Shown: positions 28,889 to 40,520, numbered from the stretch's first letter. The stretch is 64,000 bases of DNA from an uncultured Pelagibacteraceae bacterium (GCA_902633985.1 CACPHV010000002.1:45439-109438), one strand, 5' to 3'. Notes: generated by a model from the sequence alone, not told the origin. Numbers and translations: made by a program.

Positions 28889-30256
28889 CTATATATTTAA
28901 CCATTCATAATTACTTTTATGCTTCTCCAGTAAATTGTAGTAAGGTTTATACTTATTAATATTATACTTTACTACTTTCGATCTAATTTGATTAAAACTC
29001 AAAGTTTTACTAAATAAATCTTTTCTTTTATAAAAATTCAAAATTTTTGCTTCCCAAGTCAAATCACAAAACTCGTAAATTTTTTTTGTTAATTTTTCAC
29101 TGTCTTTCGTTAAATTTTCCAAATTTATATCAAAAATAAAGTTAGGATACTTAATCTTAAAATAGTGAATGATTTTAATATAGTTATTAATGTACTCCAA
29201 TATATCGTCGATATTGTGAGCCCAAGATAATTCGGGTAGCATGGATTGATAAATAGAAATTATGGAGTCTAATGTATTTCTAAATGTATGTAAAAATTTT
29301 GCTTTAGGAAAGAGATGAATAATAGTTTCAATGTTAAAGAAATTTTCTAGAGATTTATCAATAAATATTTGATTTTTTTTTTTACCATTTTGTGAAAGTT
29401 GAGAATATTTACTAATAACTTTTTCATTAATATTTTCTAAATTCAATTCAAAATTAAATTTATTGATACTGAAATCATTTTTATAAATTATAGGCCCAAT
29501 TTCTTCCAGTATAGAAACATTGACTACATGACTTTCACCAAACGAAAATATTTCTTGAGATCCTGAAGTCAAAATTGATTCTATAAGAGTTGAACCTGAT
29601 CTAGGTAAACCAACAATAAATATAGGCTTAATATCTTCATTTTTTAGAAAATTTTTTTTATTATGAACAATTTTTACCTTATCAAAAAAGTTACTAGCTA
29701 TTTCATTATAATAAAATTGTGATGATTTATTATATTGTTTGTTTGAGTCAAAAATATTTAAATGAAATTTATCAAGATAATTAATTTCACTTTTAAGATT
29801 CCCACTTTTTTTCTCTCTCTTGGATAATAAAAAATTTAAAATTCCTTTATCATACGATGTTAATTTTTGTTTTTTCTCAATATCTAATAAAGTGTCATAA
29901 ATTTTATCAGTAAAGTTTTTTTCATCTAACAAATAAAGTCCATAATGTGCTCTTAAATTATATTTATTTATTTGAATAATTTTTTGATAAATTTTTTTTG
30001 CGGAATTAAGATCACCTATTGTTTGCTTAACAATTGCTAAATTTAGCAGAGCACTTATTGAATGAGGTTCTTTATTTAAAAATTTCTCATAATAATTTAT
30101 ACTTTTATTAAAATTATTTAGCTCGTAATAGGCTAATCCTAAGTAAAAAAAGACATTACTATCAAAATTTTTTTGTTGTTCTAAATTTAAAAAAACCTCA
30201 AGAGCTTTGCTAAATTTTTTTTGCTTTATAAGAGTTTTGCCTTCATTTAAATTCAT
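28889..30256 (-). CDS. TPR-containing sulfotransferase family protein
   Basis: TPR repeats followed by the PAPS-binding motif FIVGLPRSGSTL. The start is moved to MNLNEGK (30256) to avoid overlap with the divergent gene. Confidence 0.85.
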   Translation of the reverse strand: MNLNEGKTLIKQKKFSKALEVFLNLEQQKNFDSNVFFYLGLAYYELNNFNKSINYYEKFLNKEPHSISALLNLAIVKQTIGDLNSAKKIYQKIIQINKYNLRAHYGLYLLDEKNFTDKIYDTLLDIEKKQKLTSYDKGILNFLLSKREKKSGNLKSEINYLDKFHLNIFDSNKQYNKSSQFYYNEIASNFFDKVKIVHNKKNFLKNEDIKPIFIVGLPRSGSTLIESILTSGSQEIFSFGESHVVNVSILEEIGPIIYKNDFSINKFNFELNLENINEKVISKYSQLSQNGKKKNQIFIDKSLENFFNIETIIHLFPKAKFLHTFRNTLDSIISIYQSMLPELSWAHNIDDILEYINNYIKIIHYFKIKYPNFIFDINLENLTKDSEKLTKKIYEFCDLTWEAKILNFYKRKDLFSKTLSFNQIRSKVVKYNINKYKPYYNLLEKHKSNYEWLNI

Positions 30257-30302
30257 TGATATAAAACATATTGTTATTTTTATATTAATTACTATCTTAA
30301 TA

Positions 30303-30950
30303 ATGATGAAAAAAGAAGAATTACCAAATACTATTCCGATCTTTCCTTTAAGCAACTTTATATTATTTCCAAAAACCACTGTACCATTAAATATATTCGA
30401 ACCACGTTACATCGATATGATTAATGACAGTATGAAATCAAATAAAATAATTGGAATGATACAACCTAAAGCATCAAATATTAAAAAATCTAAACCTGAC
30501 CTGTATGAAGTTGGGTGTTTAGGAAAAATTACAAGTTTTAAGGAAACAGAGGATGGGAGATTTTTGATAGAATTAAAAGGAATTTTAAGATTTGAAAAAA
30601 TAATTGAAATAAACTCTGATAAAAAATATAGGACCTTGGAAGTAAATTATAATAAATATTATCGTGACCTAGATAATGAAAAAGAAAATTTAAGATTTAG
30701 TGATCTAGAACTTATTTTTAAAGATTTAAAATCACTATTTGAAAAAAAAGGTTTTATAATTAACTGGAAAGCTCTAGAGAATCAAAGTCTCGACGAGACT
30801 ATAAATGCTTTAGCTATGGCATCTCCGTTTACATTAGAAGAGAAACAAATTTTATTAGAAACTATAAATCTTGATGCAAGGAAGGATAAAATTTCAGAAA
30901 TACTAAAAACTTATACATACGATATATTTGATAATAATACTCTTCAATAA
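30303..30950 (+). CDS. Lon N-terminal (substrate-binding) domain protein
   Basis: IPIFPL, PLNIFEPRY, VGCLGKI and EKQILLE; start at MMKKEELP. Confidence 0.9.
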   Translation: MMKKEELPNTIPIFPLSNFILFPKTTVPLNIFEPRYIDMINDSMKSNKIIGMIQPKASNIKKSKPDLYEVGCLGKITSFKETEDGRFLIELKGILRFEKIIEINSDKKYRTLEVNYNKYYRDLDNEKENLRFSDLELIFKDLKSLFEKKGFIINWKALENQSLDETINALAMASPFTLEEKQILLETINLDARKDKISEILKTYTYDIFDNNTLQ

Positions 30951-30952
30951 AT

Positions 30953-32023
30953 TTAAAAACCTTTATCAGCTATACTAGAAAAAAACTTATTAAGAGTTGG
31001 GTTATTGCCAGTAAACTGTATTGATTTACTTAAAAAATTACTTTTAAGTTTGCTTTCCAAATTAAAAAATTCATAAATTAAATCTATTCCTTTGGAAAAA
31101 ATAAAATTCTTATGTCTGATTTCTTCTTCAAATTCCTTATTAACCGAATAATCTATTGGTAATCCTAATTGCCTCTTTTTTTTTATAATATTCAAGATAA
31201 TTTTTATATCGCGAAGCGTCATATTGAAACCCTGTCCAGCAAGAGGATGAATTCTATGTAGTAAATCACCAAATGCTAAAAATTTATTATGATAATAAGA
31301 TCTTAAATTTAAAGATTTTAGTTCAAAAGACTCAATTTTATTTATTTTGTTTATTTTATATTTAAAATTATATTGATTAATCAAATCAATGATAACTTGA
31401 TCTTCTTTTTTTTTATAGTTTTTAAATGAATATACGACTGAAGTTTTTTTATTAGAGATGGGTAAAAAAGCCAATGGTCCTCTTTTTGTAAATATTTGGG
31501 TTGCAATATTATTTGAAATACTTTGATGATCTAAAATGCAAGTATATGCGAAACTATTATATTTTTTTATAATTTTTTTATTAAAATGTTTCTTAGTAAT
31601 TGAATTAAAATGGTCAGTAATTATAACAATATTATATTTATCAAAAAATTTGAAATTCTCTTTTAATTTAAGTTTTTTAAAATATTTATCTTTTTTTAAA
31701 CTTTTTTCTAGAATCTCATGTAATTGGTGATTTTTTATAATAGAAAAAAGTTGATCATTGTTATTTTGAAAATTAAGTAATTTTTCATTTTTTAAATTAT
31801 CAGAAAAAATATGTATCTTTTTGAGTTTCCAAATAAATTTGTCAATATTAATAATATGTTTATTAAAAAAATTAATATTTTTTTTTGAAATACCAATAGT
31901 CCTTGATTGACTTATTTTTTTAATATTTTTTGTACAAAAAACATCGACATAGATTTTTTCATTAACCAAGGCTTTAGTTAGTGCTAAACTAGACAAACCA
32001 TAACCTAAAATACAAACTCTCAT
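30953..32023 (-). CDS. UbiH/UbiF-type FAD-dependent hydroxylase
   Basis: GPLAFLP and GDLLHRIHPLAGQGFNMTLRD; divergent from ftsK as in other alphaproteobacteria; start at MRVCILG. Confidence 0.85.
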   Translation of the reverse strand: MRVCILGYGLSSLALTKALVNEKIYVDVFCTKNIKKISQSRTIGISKKNINFFNKHIINIDKFIWKLKKIHIFSDNLKNEKLLNFQNNNDQLFSIIKNHQLHEILEKSLKKDKYFKKLKLKENFKFFDKYNIVIITDHFNSITKKHFNKKIIKKYNSFAYTCILDHQSISNNIATQIFTKRGPLAFLPISNKKTSVVYSFKNYKKKEDQVIIDLINQYNFKYKINKINKIESFELKSLNLRSYYHNKFLAFGDLLHRIHPLAGQGFNMTLRDIKIILNIIKKKRQLGLPIDYSVNKEFEEEIRHKNFIFSKGIDLIYEFFNLESKLKSNFLSKSIQFTGNNPTLNKFFSSIADKGF

Positions 32024-32069
32024 ATTTTTAATTTTAACAACAAAAATTAGATGATACAAAGTGTTATAA

Positions 32070-34166
32070 TTGATTCACACAATGAATATTAAAAAAGCAT
32101 CAAATGTACTTCTAAATTTCACAATTAAAAGGATTACTGAAACTTTTGGATTAATAGTTTTTTTATCAGGGGCTTTGCTATTTATTTCATTACTTACCTA
32201 CTCACCTGACGATCCAAATTTTATTTTTCCTGATAATACGGAGATAAATAATATTTTGGGATTTGAAGGAAGTTTTGTTTCAGATTTATTTTTTCAGTCA
32301 GTTGGTTTGGTTGCCTTTTTAATTTCTTTTACACTGATAATCACTGGATTAAATATGTTTAGATATAAAGAATTTTTCCTTATTTTAGAAAATATTTTCT
32401 TTGCAACGATCTACTCTGTTTTTGGTACATTTTTTCTATCTTATTTTTACTCTAATGATTTTACTTTATATATTAATGGTAATGGAGGTTTTGTCGGGTC
32501 TTATTTAAATAAAACTTTTTTAAATTCTATAATTCAATTTAATGAAATACTATTTTATTATGTTCTGATTGTTATTGTATTATTATTATTCTTCATAAGC
32601 ATTAATTTTCATCCAATTAATTTTTATAATACAATTAAAAAATTTTTTTCTACATTTACCAAAAAAGATAATAAAAATTATAAGGACAGAAATGAAGTTA
32701 TCAACGAATTTATTCCCCAAGAAGAAATTAAAAATCTCATTCAGGACGATTTACCATTTATTAAAGCAGAAAATAAATCTGACAATAAAATAAAATTTAA
32801 AATACCTTCTACAGAACTACTTAAATTACCAACAAAAGAAGAAAGGGAGGGTGTAGACAAAAGCGAAACTCATGATCCTCAGTTTCTAGAAAAAATATTG
32901 CTAGATTTTGGTGTTAATGGAGATATTAAAAAAGTTAGTCATGGGCCTGTAGTTACACTTAATGAGTTTGAACCAGCCGCAGGAGTAAAAGTTTCAAAAA
33001 TAATTAATTTGTCAGATGATATTGCAAGAAATACTAGCTCAGAGTCCGCAAGAATAGCAACTATACCTGGTAGCAATACTATTGGGATTGAGCTTCCTAA
33101 TGACATTAGAGAAAATGTTTACCTTAGTGAAATATTGAAAAGCCCAGATTTTAGAAAGAAAGATATCAAACTACCAATTGCTTTAGGAAAAAATATTTCT
33201 GGTAAACCTATAGTTGGAGATCTTTCCTCTATGCCTCATTTGCTTATCGCAGGAACAACCGGCTCTGGAAAGTCGGTTTGTATAAATACCATCATTTTAT
33301 CTTTGCTCTATAGACACACACCAGATAAATGTAAATTTATTTTAATTGATCCAAAAATGCTTGAGCTTTCAACTTATGAAGGCATTCCACATTTACTCTG
33401 TCCAGTTATAACTGAAGCAAAAAAGGCTGCGTCTGTATTAGGCTGGGTAGTTAAAGAAATGGAGAGCAGATATAGATTGATGACTAAAGAAGGAGTTAGA
33501 AATATAGATGGTTACAATGCTAAACATAAACTTCCAATGCCTTACATTGTTGTAGTTGTTGATGAAATGTCAGATTTAATGCTTGTTGCTGGAAAAGAAA
33601 TTGAAAACTACATTCAAAAATTGTCACAAATGGCTAGAGCAGCTGGAATTCATATCATTATGGCAACTCAACGACCTAGTGTTGACGTAATTACAGGTAC
33701 AATTAAAGCAAACTTTCCAACCAGAATTTCTTTTCAAGTTACATCCAAAATAGATAGTAGAACTATACTAGGAGAACAAGGTGCTGAGCAATTGCTTGGT
33801 AGGGGAGATATGTTGTATATGTCTTCAGCTAACCGAATAATTAGAATACATGCCCCTTTTGTTTCAGATAATGAAATTGAAAAAATAAATAATTTTCTTA
33901 GAACTCAAGCAGAACCTGATTATGTGGATGAAATATTGAACTTTGCAGATGAGAAAGAAATTGGAAATAATCCAAACCAAGGTGAAAAAGATGAATTGTA
34001 TCAACAAGCTTTAGAGATAATCAGATCTGAAGGTAAAGCTTCAACTTCATTTTTACAAAGAAAACTTCAAATTGGTTATAATAGAGCAGCAAGAATAATT
34101 GATATGATGGAAGCAGACGGAATTGTAAGTAAAGCAAATCATGTTGGAAAAAGAGATGTGCTTTAA
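32070..34166 (+). CDS. ftsK: DNA translocase FtsK
   Basis: N-terminal TM domain, PHLLIAGTTGSGKS, ATQRPSVDVITG and gamma domain QRKLQIGYNRAA. Confidence 0.97.
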   Translation: MIHTMNIKKASNVLLNFTIKRITETFGLIVFLSGALLFISLLTYSPDDPNFIFPDNTEINNILGFEGSFVSDLFFQSVGLVAFLISFTLIITGLNMFRYKEFFLILENIFFATIYSVFGTFFLSYFYSNDFTLYINGNGGFVGSYLNKTFLNSIIQFNEILFYYVLIVIVLLLFFISINFHPINFYNTIKKFFSTFTKKDNKNYKDRNEVINEFIPQEEIKNLIQDDLPFIKAENKSDNKIKFKIPSTELLKLPTKEEREGVDKSETHDPQFLEKILLDFGVNGDIKKVSHGPVVTLNEFEPAAGVKVSKIINLSDDIARNTSSESARIATIPGSNTIGIELPNDIRENVYLSEILKSPDFRKKDIKLPIALGKNISGKPIVGDLSSMPHLLIAGTTGSGKSVCINTIILSLLYRHTPDKCKFILIDPKMLELSTYEGIPHLLCPVITEAKKAASVLGWVVKEMESRYRLMTKEGVRNIDGYNAKHKLPMPYIVVVVDEMSDLMLVAGKEIENYIQKLSQMARAAGIHIIMATQRPSVDVITGTIKANFPTRISFQVTSKIDSRTILGEQGAEQLLGRGDMLYMSSANRIIRIHAPFVSDNEIEKINNFLRTQAEPDYVDEILNFADEKEIGNNPNQGEKDELYQQALEIIRSEGKASTSFLQRKLQIGYNRAARIIDMMEADGIVSKANHVGKRDVL

Positions 34167-34714
34167 TGTTAAGATTTTTTTCACTATTTATTTTACTTGC
34201 TTTAACTTTTAACTCAAATGCAGACATAAAAGAGAAAATAATTCAAAATTTAAAAAATACCAAGAATTTAGATTTTAAATTCGAACAAAATGTAAATGGT
34301 AAAATTGAAAATGGAAATTGTACGATAGAGTATCCAAAAAAAATTTTTTGTGAATATTTACAAAGTAACAATAAAATATTAGTGTCAAATGGAAGATCTT
34401 TAGTAATAAAAACAAAAACAAGTTATTATAGATATCCTCTTAATAAAACACCATTAAACTTTATTTTGGACAAAAGTTTCCTTATTGAAAAAATTTATAA
34501 TTTAAATGAAAGAATAGTTGATAATAATCTCGTAAACTTTACTATTCTTCATAATGAAAATAAAATAAACATATTTTTTGACATTGAAACATATAATTTA
34601 ATTGGTTGGCAAAATACAGATATATACCAAAACTTTAATATTACTTTTCTTTCATCAATTAGGAAAAATAGATTATTAAAAAAAAACTTATTTAAACTAC
34701 CATCTCAGAGCTAA
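34166..34714 (+). CDS. lolA: outer-membrane lipoprotein carrier
   Basis: Signal peptide, FKFEQ and YPLNKTPL; follows ftsK. Confidence 0.8.
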   Translation: MLRFFSLFILLALTFNSNADIKEKIIQNLKNTKNLDFKFEQNVNGKIENGNCTIEYPKKIFCEYLQSNNKILVSNGRSLVIKTKTSYYRYPLNKTPLNFILDKSFLIEKIYNLNERIVDNNLVNFTILHNENKINIFFDIETYNLIGWQNTDIYQNFNITFLSSIRKNRLLKKNLFKLPSQS

Positions 34715-35214
34715 ATATTTAAAGTTTCAGTTTTATAAATCTTCATTCCTCTAGATTTATAATTACTTAATGCATTCTTGTGATCTAACGAACAGGTATG
34801 GACCCAAACACGATTAGTATCATCACTAAAAGATTTTTTAATAGCCTCAGATAATAAATATGAGCCTAATTTTTTATTTTGATATTCCTCAAGGATACCA
34901 AAATAAGCAATTTCAGTTTCATTATTTTCTTTGTGAAAAACTAATTCAAAAAAACCAACTAAATCATTTTTATATTTTAACACATAGGTTTTTACTTTTT
35001 CATTAGATACATAATTAATCCATTTTTCTTCTGACCATGTTAATCTATCAACCCATTTATGTTTTTTACCAATACTTTTGTAAAAAAATTTATTTAGTTG
35101 AAAATTAATTGGATCAATTAAATTTAAAGAATAATCATTAGATGGCTTATTGCATTCTTTTAGATCTCTGAGTGAGTTAATTTCTAAATAATTTCTTATT
35201 ACTTCTATTTTCAC
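34711..35214 (-). CDS. GNAT family N-acetyltransferase
   Basis: EIAYFGILEEYQNKKLGSYLL and VWVHTCSLDH. Confidence 0.88.
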   Translation of the reverse strand: MKIEVIRNYLEINSLRDLKECNKPSNDYSLNLIDPINFQLNKFFYKSIGKKHKWVDRLTWSEEKWINYVSNEKVKTYVLKYKNDLVGFFELVFHKENNETEIAYFGILEEYQNKKLGSYLLSEAIKKSFSDDTNRVWVHTCSLDHKNALSNYKSRGMKIYKTETLNI

Positions 35215-35576
35215 TCAACCATTTTCCCAACTCTTTCACCTCCAAACAGATGAAAGTGCAAATGAGGGACCTCTTGGCCACCATGATCACTTACATTTGT
35301 TAAAGCCCTGTAACCTTTGCCTACTTCTGTTGATAGACCTAGTTTTTTAGCAACAATGTTTATACCTTTTAATAACCCAACTATCTCTTCAGAAGATGCA
35401 TTTAAACTAAAATCATCCAAATCAACATATTTTCCCTTTGGAATTACTAGAGCATGAATTTTTTTTTGTGGATTAATATCGTGAAATGACAAAACAAAAT
35501 CATCTTCATAAATTTTATTACAAGGTATCTCACCACGTAAAATTTTTGCAAAAATATTGTTATCGTCGTAACTCAT
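35211..35576 (-). CDS. HIT family nucleotide-binding protein (HinT)
   Basis: IFAKILRGEIP and QEVPHLHFHL. Confidence 0.93.
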   Translation of the reverse strand: MSYDDNNIFAKILRGEIPCNKIYEDDFVLSFHDINPQKKIHALVIPKGKYVDLDDFSLNASSEEIVGLLKGINIVAKKLGLSTEVGKGYRALTNVSDHGGQEVPHLHFHLFGGERVGKMVE

Positions 35577-35845
35577 TTTTTTCTTTTTTCTAATTCTGAC
35601 ATTACATCTTCAATTTTTATATCATTAGCTTCGAGATAAATTAATAAATGATAAAAAACATCTGCTGCTTCATGAATTTTGTTTGAATTTTCCTCCACAG
35701 CTTGAATTAATTCATTAACTTCCTCAAAAACTTTTGCTTTGCTTAATGATTTGTCTGCAAGCAACTTATTAGTATACGAACCTTCAACAGGAGAAGATTT
35801 TCTGTCTCTTGCAAGTTTTATTAGGTTTTCCAATGTATTAAGCAT
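35573..35845 (-). CDS. hisE: phosphoribosyl-ATP pyrophosphatase
   Basis: GSYTNKL, EEVNE and EAADVFYH. Confidence 0.92.
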   Translation of the reverse strand: MLNTLENLIKLARDRKSSPVEGSYTNKLLADKSLSKAKVFEEVNELIQAVEENSNKIHEAADVFYHLLIYLEANDIKIEDVMSELEKRKK

Positions 35846-35846
35846 A

Positions 35847-36602
35847 TTAAATTCTAACAGGAATTCCTTTTGAATCCAAATATTCCTTAGCCTCTTTCAC
35901 GGAGTGCTTACCATAGTGAAATATTGATGCTGCTAGAACTGCACTGGCTTTTCCTAATTTAATTCCATCTACCAAATGATCCAAATTTCCAACTCCACCA
36001 GATGCAATGACTGGGATATTTACCTTTGAAGAGATTTTTGACATAAGGTCAATATCATAACCAACTTGAGTACCATCCCTATCCATAGAAGTAACTAAGA
36101 GCTCACCTGCTCCACTGTCTTCCATTTTTTTTGCATATTCAATCGCATCAATTCCAGTATTGTTTCTTCCACCGTGAGTATAGATTTCCCATTTGTCAGA
36201 ATTTTTTTTTGCATCTATAGCAACAACAATACATTGAGAGCCAAATTTTTTTGAGCTTTCAACTACTACCTCTGAATTTTGAACTGCAGCAGTATTTATT
36301 GATACTTTATCTGCACCACAATTTAAAAGTTTATTGATATCCTCAACACCTCTAACACCACCTCCAACAGTCAAAGGTACAAAACATCTCTTCGAGGTTT
36401 TCTCTACAACACCATAAATAGTGTCTCTTTTTTCATTTGAAGCAGTAATGTCTAAAAAACAAATTTCGTCAGCTCCTCCATCAGAATAAATTTTAGCTTG
36501 TTCAACAGGATCTCCCGCATCTTTTAGATCCACAAAGTTAATTCCTTTAACTACACGGCCATTTTTAACATCCAAACAAGGTATTATTCTATTTTTAAGC
36601 AT
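35847..36602 (-). CDS. hisF: imidazole glycerol phosphate synthase cyclase subunit
   Basis: [19 protein letters not shown] and TSMDRDGT. Confidence 0.97.
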   Translation of the reverse strand: MLKNRIIPCLDVKNGRVVKGINFVDLKDAGDPVEQAKIYSDGGADEICFLDITASNEKRDTIYGVVEKTSKRCFVPLTVGGGVRGVEDINKLLNCGADKVSINTAAVQNSEVVVESSKKFGSQCIVVAIDAKKNSDKWEIYTHGGRNNTGIDAIEYAKKMEDSGAGELLVTSMDRDGTQVGYDIDLMSKISSKVNIPVIASGGVGNLDHLVDGIKLGKASAVLAASIFHYGKHSVKEAKEYLDSKGIPVRI

Positions 36603-37320
36603 TTAATTCCTTAACTAATTCATCTAATTTAATATCACCATCATAAATAGCTTTTCCAACTATGATGCCCTCGATATTATTATTATTTAATTCCTTGGCC
36701 TTTTTAATATCATCAATTGATGAAACCCCGCCAGATATTATTACTGGACAATTAGAAGTATTAGCAACCTTTACTGTCTCCTCAAAATTGGGGCTTTGCT
36801 TCATTCCATCTCTATTGATATCAGTGTAAATCAATCTACTTGCACCAAAATCATTCACTTCTTTTAAATAATCTAAAGTTAATTGATTTGAATTTTCTTT
36901 CCAACCAGAGACAGATAAATAGCCATCTTTAGCATCAAGTCCTAAAGCAATTTTATCAGGAAATTTTTCGCAAGCTTCTTTTAGAAATTTTTTATCTTTT
37001 ATTGCGGCACTGCCCAAAATAACTTTTTCAACACCAGCATCTGTATATTTCTGAATACTTTCAAAATTTCTGATACCTCCACCAATTTCAATTTTAAGAT
37101 CCAATTTTTTTACTATTTCTTGAATAATATCCAAATTAACGGTTTCTCCAATTAAAGCTCCGTCTAAATCAACAATATGTAAGTTTTTAAAACCGTGATC
37201 TTTATATTTTCCAGCTTGTTCGACCGGAGACATTTCGTATTCAGTTTTATTATCAAAGTCTCCTTTGACTAACCTCACACACTTTTTATCCTTGATGTCT
37301 ATCGCCGGGAATATTTTCAT
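36595..37320 (-). CDS. hisA: ProFAR isomerase
   Basis: [22 protein letters not shown] and TDINRDG. Confidence 0.96.
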   Translation of the reverse strand: MKIFPAIDIKDKKCVRLVKGDFDNKTEYEMSPVEQAGKYKDHGFKNLHIVDLDGALIGETVNLDIIQEIVKKLDLKIEIGGGIRNFESIQKYTDAGVEKVILGSAAIKDKKFLKEACEKFPDKIALGLDAKDGYLSVSGWKENSNQLTLDYLKEVNDFGASRLIYTDINRDGMKQSPNFEETVKVANTSNCPVIISGGVSSIDDIKKAKELNNNNIEGIIVGKAIYDGDIKLDELVKELNA

Positions 37321-37946
37321 TATAAATTTATAAAATTATCAATTATTTTAAGCCCGATTTTATCACTTTTCTCAGGGTGAAATTGCGTTCCAAAAATATT
37401 TTCTTTTTCAACAGAACAAACAATATTTGACGAATAGTCTGTTGTTGCTGAAATCACATTTTTATCTTCTGGAACAAATTCATAACTGTGAACAAAATAC
37501 ATATGAGATTTATTTTCAATTCCTTTAAAAATTTTACTATTTTTCGTTATATTAATTTCATTCCAGCCGATGTGTGGAAGCTTGAATTTTCCATTTTGGT
37601 TGTCTATTTTTGATACTTTGCCTGAAATCCAACCAAAACCTTTAGTTTCAGTCTCTTCATAGCCAATATCCGCAAACATTTGAAGACCAACGCAAATTCC
37701 AAGAAGTGGTTTTTTATTGCTAATTGCAAATTCATTTAATGTGTCAACTAAACCATTTATATTTTTTAATGCGTCAACACAACTTTTAAACGAACCCTGC
37801 CCTGGTAAAACGATTTTATCTGAAGATTTAATTTTATTTAAATCTGAAGTTACCTCGATATTTACTTTATCTTTTGCAACTTCCTTAAAGGAGTTTATTA
37901 CCGAACTTATATTGCCTGAATTATAATCAACAATTGTGACGTTCAT
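37320..37946 (-). CDS. hisH: imidazole glycerol phosphate synthase glutaminase subunit
   Basis: DYNSGN, LGICVGLQ, PHIGWN, YFVHSY and QFHPEKS. Confidence 0.96.
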   Translation of the reverse strand: MNVTIVDYNSGNISSVINSFKEVAKDKVNIEVTSDLNKIKSSDKIVLPGQGSFKSCVDALKNINGLVDTLNEFAISNKKPLLGICVGLQMFADIGYEETETKGFGWISGKVSKIDNQNGKFKLPHIGWNEINITKNSKIFKGIENKSHMYFVHSYEFVPEDKNVISATTDYSSNIVCSVEKENIFGTQFHPEKSDKIGLKIIDNFINL

Positions 37947-37951
37947 TAAAC

Positions 37952-38542
37952 TTATAATGAGCCTTTAGTTGAAGGAATGCTTTTCTTATTTCTTGGATCC
38001 ATCTCTAATGCAGCTCTTAATGATCTTGCTAATGCTTTATAACAAGACTCAATTATATGATGACTATTATCACCATAAATATTTTCAACGTGCATTGTAA
38101 TACCAGCTGATTGAGAAAATGCTTGGAACCATTCTTTAAATAGCTCTGTGTCCATCTCGCCAAGTTTCTCAACTTTTAATTTTACTTTCCAAATTAAATA
38201 AGGTCTGTTTGAAACATCAATTGCAACCCTAGTTAATGTTTCATCCATTGGAATAACTGTGTGCGCATATCTTTTTATTCCTACAAATTTTTTAGCAGCT
38301 TTTTTTAAAGCCTCACCTATAGCAATACCTGTATCTTCTGTTGTGTGGTGAAGATCTATGTGAGTATCCCCTTTTGCTTTAACTTTTAAATCAATTAAAG
38401 AATGCTTTGATAATTGTTCAAGCATGTGATCCAAGAAGCCAATACCAGTATCAATTTGGTATTTGCCTTTGCCATCAATATTTACTTCAACATTGATGCT
38501 GGTTTCTTTTGTTTTTCGAGATACTTTTCCTTTTCTAGCCAT
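37952..38542 (-). CDS. hisB: imidazoleglycerol-phosphate dehydratase
   Basis: RKTKET, GFLDHML, HHTTED and NSHHIIE. Confidence 0.96.
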   Translation of the reverse strand: MARKGKVSRKTKETSINVEVNIDGKGKYQIDTGIGFLDHMLEQLSKHSLIDLKVKAKGDTHIDLHHTTEDTGIAIGEALKKAAKKFVGIKRYAHTVIPMDETLTRVAIDVSNRPYLIWKVKLKVEKLGEMDTELFKEWFQAFSQSAGITMHVENIYGDNSHHIIESCYKALARSLRAALEMDPRNKKSIPSTKGSL

Positions 38543-38596
38543 ATATTTTTAATGGTATACATACATAATCCCGCTATATCAATATCAGTCTGAACA

Positions 38597-38625
38597 CTTG
38601 AAGTATCAAAAATAGTTACCATTTA
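38597..38625 (+). promoter_or_regulatory. putative RpoH (sigma32) promoter of hslVU
   Basis: CTTGAA-N16-CCATTTA directly upstream of the heat-shock gene hslV. Confidence 0.6.
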
Positions 38626-38631
38626 TTAGAT

Positions 38632-39147
38632 ATGACAACAATTGTACTAGTTAGAAAAAACAATGAAGTCGTGGTTGCTGGTGATGGTCAAGTAAGTATG
38701 GGTAACACCGTCGTTAAAAGCACAGCTTCAAAAGTCAGAAAAATTGAAAAACGAGATGTGGTTGCAGGATTTGCAGGATCAACTGCAGATGCATTAACTC
38801 TATTTGAAAGATTAGAGGGAAAATTAGAAAAACATGCAGGAAATTTATCTAGAGCTGCTGTTGAATTAGCAAAAGATTGGAGAACAGATAAATACTTAAG
38901 AAGATTAGAGGCATTGATGGCGGTAGGAGATAAAAGCAATAGTTATATTATTTCTGGAACTGGGGATGTCTTAGAGCCTGAAGGTGACGTAATTGGAATA
39001 GGCTCGGGTGGTAATTACGCTCTTGCTGCAGGAAAAGTTTTAATTGAAGGCAGCATGTCTGCTGAAGAGGTGGCAAAAAAAGCAATTAAAGTTGCGGCTG
39101 ACATCTGTGTTTTTACAAACAATAATGTTAAAATTGAAAAAATATAA
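38632..39147 (+). CDS. hslV: ATP-dependent protease peptidase subunit
   Basis: N-terminal [17 protein letters not shown] and IGSGGNYA. Confidence 0.97.
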   Translation: MTTIVLVRKNNEVVVAGDGQVSMGNTVVKSTASKVRKIEKRDVVAGFAGSTADALTLFERLEGKLEKHAGNLSRAAVELAKDWRTDKYLRRLEALMAVGDKSNSYIISGTGDVLEPEGDVIGIGSGGNYALAAGKVLIEGSMSAEEVAKKAIKVAADICVFTNNNVKIEKI

Positions 39148-40520
39148 TGGATAATTCAAACGTAACACAGCTACACCCAAAAGATAAAAATCAAAAAGAA
39201 GAAACTTCTTTAGTGAGTTCTTTGTCCCCGAGAGAGATAGTTTCAGAATTAGACAGGTTTGTTGTTGGGCAAAACAAAGCGAAAAGGGCTGTTGCTGTTG
39301 CTTTAAGAAACAGGTGGAGAAGACAGGCTTTAAAAGGTGAAATGAAAAATGAAGTTTTGCCAAAAAACATTCTAATGATTGGGCCAACTGGAGTTGGAAA
39401 AACTGAAATCTCTAGAAGATTATCTAAACTGGCAGAAGCGCCTTTTGTTAAAGTCGAGGCTACAAGATTTACTGAAGTGGGATATGTGGGAAGAGATGTT
39501 GAGCAGATAGTAAGAGATTTAATTGAAATTGCCATCTCAATGGAAAAAGTAAAAAAAAGAAAAGAAGTTTTTGCTCAAGCTCAAAAAGCTGCTGAGGAAA
39601 AAGTTTTAGATGCTTTGGTTGGAAAAAAGGCAAGCCTTGCAACACGAGAAAGCTTCAGAAAAAGATTAAGGAATGGCGATTTAGATGACAATGAAATTGA
39701 AATAGCTGTCAGTGATACTGGTTCAAGTGGTACATCCTTCGAAATTCCAGGAATGCCAGGTGCAAATGTTGGTATGATCAACATTGGAGAAATGATTGGT
39801 AAATCAATGGGGAATAAAGAAAAAAAGAAAAAAATGACTGTTAAGGAATCTCATGAGATTTTAATTAATGATGAGTCTGATAAATTAATTGAGCAAGACA
39901 AAATTATTAAAGCAGCAAAACTTTCAACTGAAAATAACGGAATAGTTTTTTTAGATGAAATTGATAAAATTTCAGCAAGAACCGATAGAGTTGGAGGAGA
40001 TGTTTCAAGAGAAGGTGTTCAAAGAGATTTATTGCCTTTAATTGAGGGAACTACAGTAAATACAAAGCATGGTCCAATAAAAACGGATCATATTTTATTT
40101 ATTGCGTCTGGTGCATTTCAACTTGCAAAACCTTCTGATCTTCTACCTGAGTTACAAGGAAGACTTCCAATAAGAGTTGAGTTAGAAGCTTTAACTAGCG
40201 ATGATTTCAAAAGGATTTTAAGAGAACCTGACTTTAGTTTAATCAAACAATATATAGAACTTTTAAAAACAGAAAATGTTGATTTGGAATTCTCAGATGA
40301 TGGAATTGACACCATAGCTAATATAGCGTCTGAGGTAAACACTACAGTTGAAAATATTGGAGCAAGAAGGTTACATACGATCATTGAAAAAATTCTAGAT
40401 GAAATTAGTTTTACTGCTACTGATCGATCAGGTGAAAAAATTGTTATTGATAATGAATATATTAATAAAAACTTAGATACTTTGGTTAAAGATACGGATC
40501 TTTCAAAGTTTATTTTATAA
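39147..40520 (+). CDS. hslU: ATP-dependent protease ATPase subunit
   Basis: [23 protein letters not shown] and NIGARRL. Confidence 0.97.
   Translation: MDNSNVTQLHPKDKNQKEETSLVSSLSPREIVSELDRFVVGQNKAKRAVAVALRNRWRRQALKGEMKNEVLPKNILMIGPTGVGKTEISRRLSKLAEAPFVKVEATRFTEVGYVGRDVEQIVRDLIEIAISMEKVKKRKEVFAQAQKAAEEKVLDALVGKKASLATRESFRKRLRNGDLDDNEIEIAVSDTGSSGTSFEIPGMPGANVGMINIGEMIGKSMGNKEKKKKMTVKESHEILINDESDKLIEQDKIIKAAKLSTENNGIVFLDEIDKISARTDRVGGDVSREGVQRDLLPLIEGTTVNTKHGPIKTDHILFIASGAFQLAKPSDLLPELQGRLPIRVELEALTSDDFKRILREPDFSLIKQYIELLKTENVDLEFSDDGIDTIANIASEVNTTVENIGARRLHTIIEKILDEISFTATDRSGEKIVIDNEYINKNLDTLVKDTDLSKFIL

Noticed and set aside
27364-30256. Prophage or integrative element at tRNA-Gly
   Set aside because: No integrase, no duplicated tRNA 3' end and no phage genes were seen.
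30207-30379. Apparent 173-bp overlap between the sulfotransferase and Lon-N ORFs
   Set aside because: This is an artefact of longest-ORF starts. Better ATGs at 30256 (-) and 30303 (+) leave a 46-bp divergent gap.
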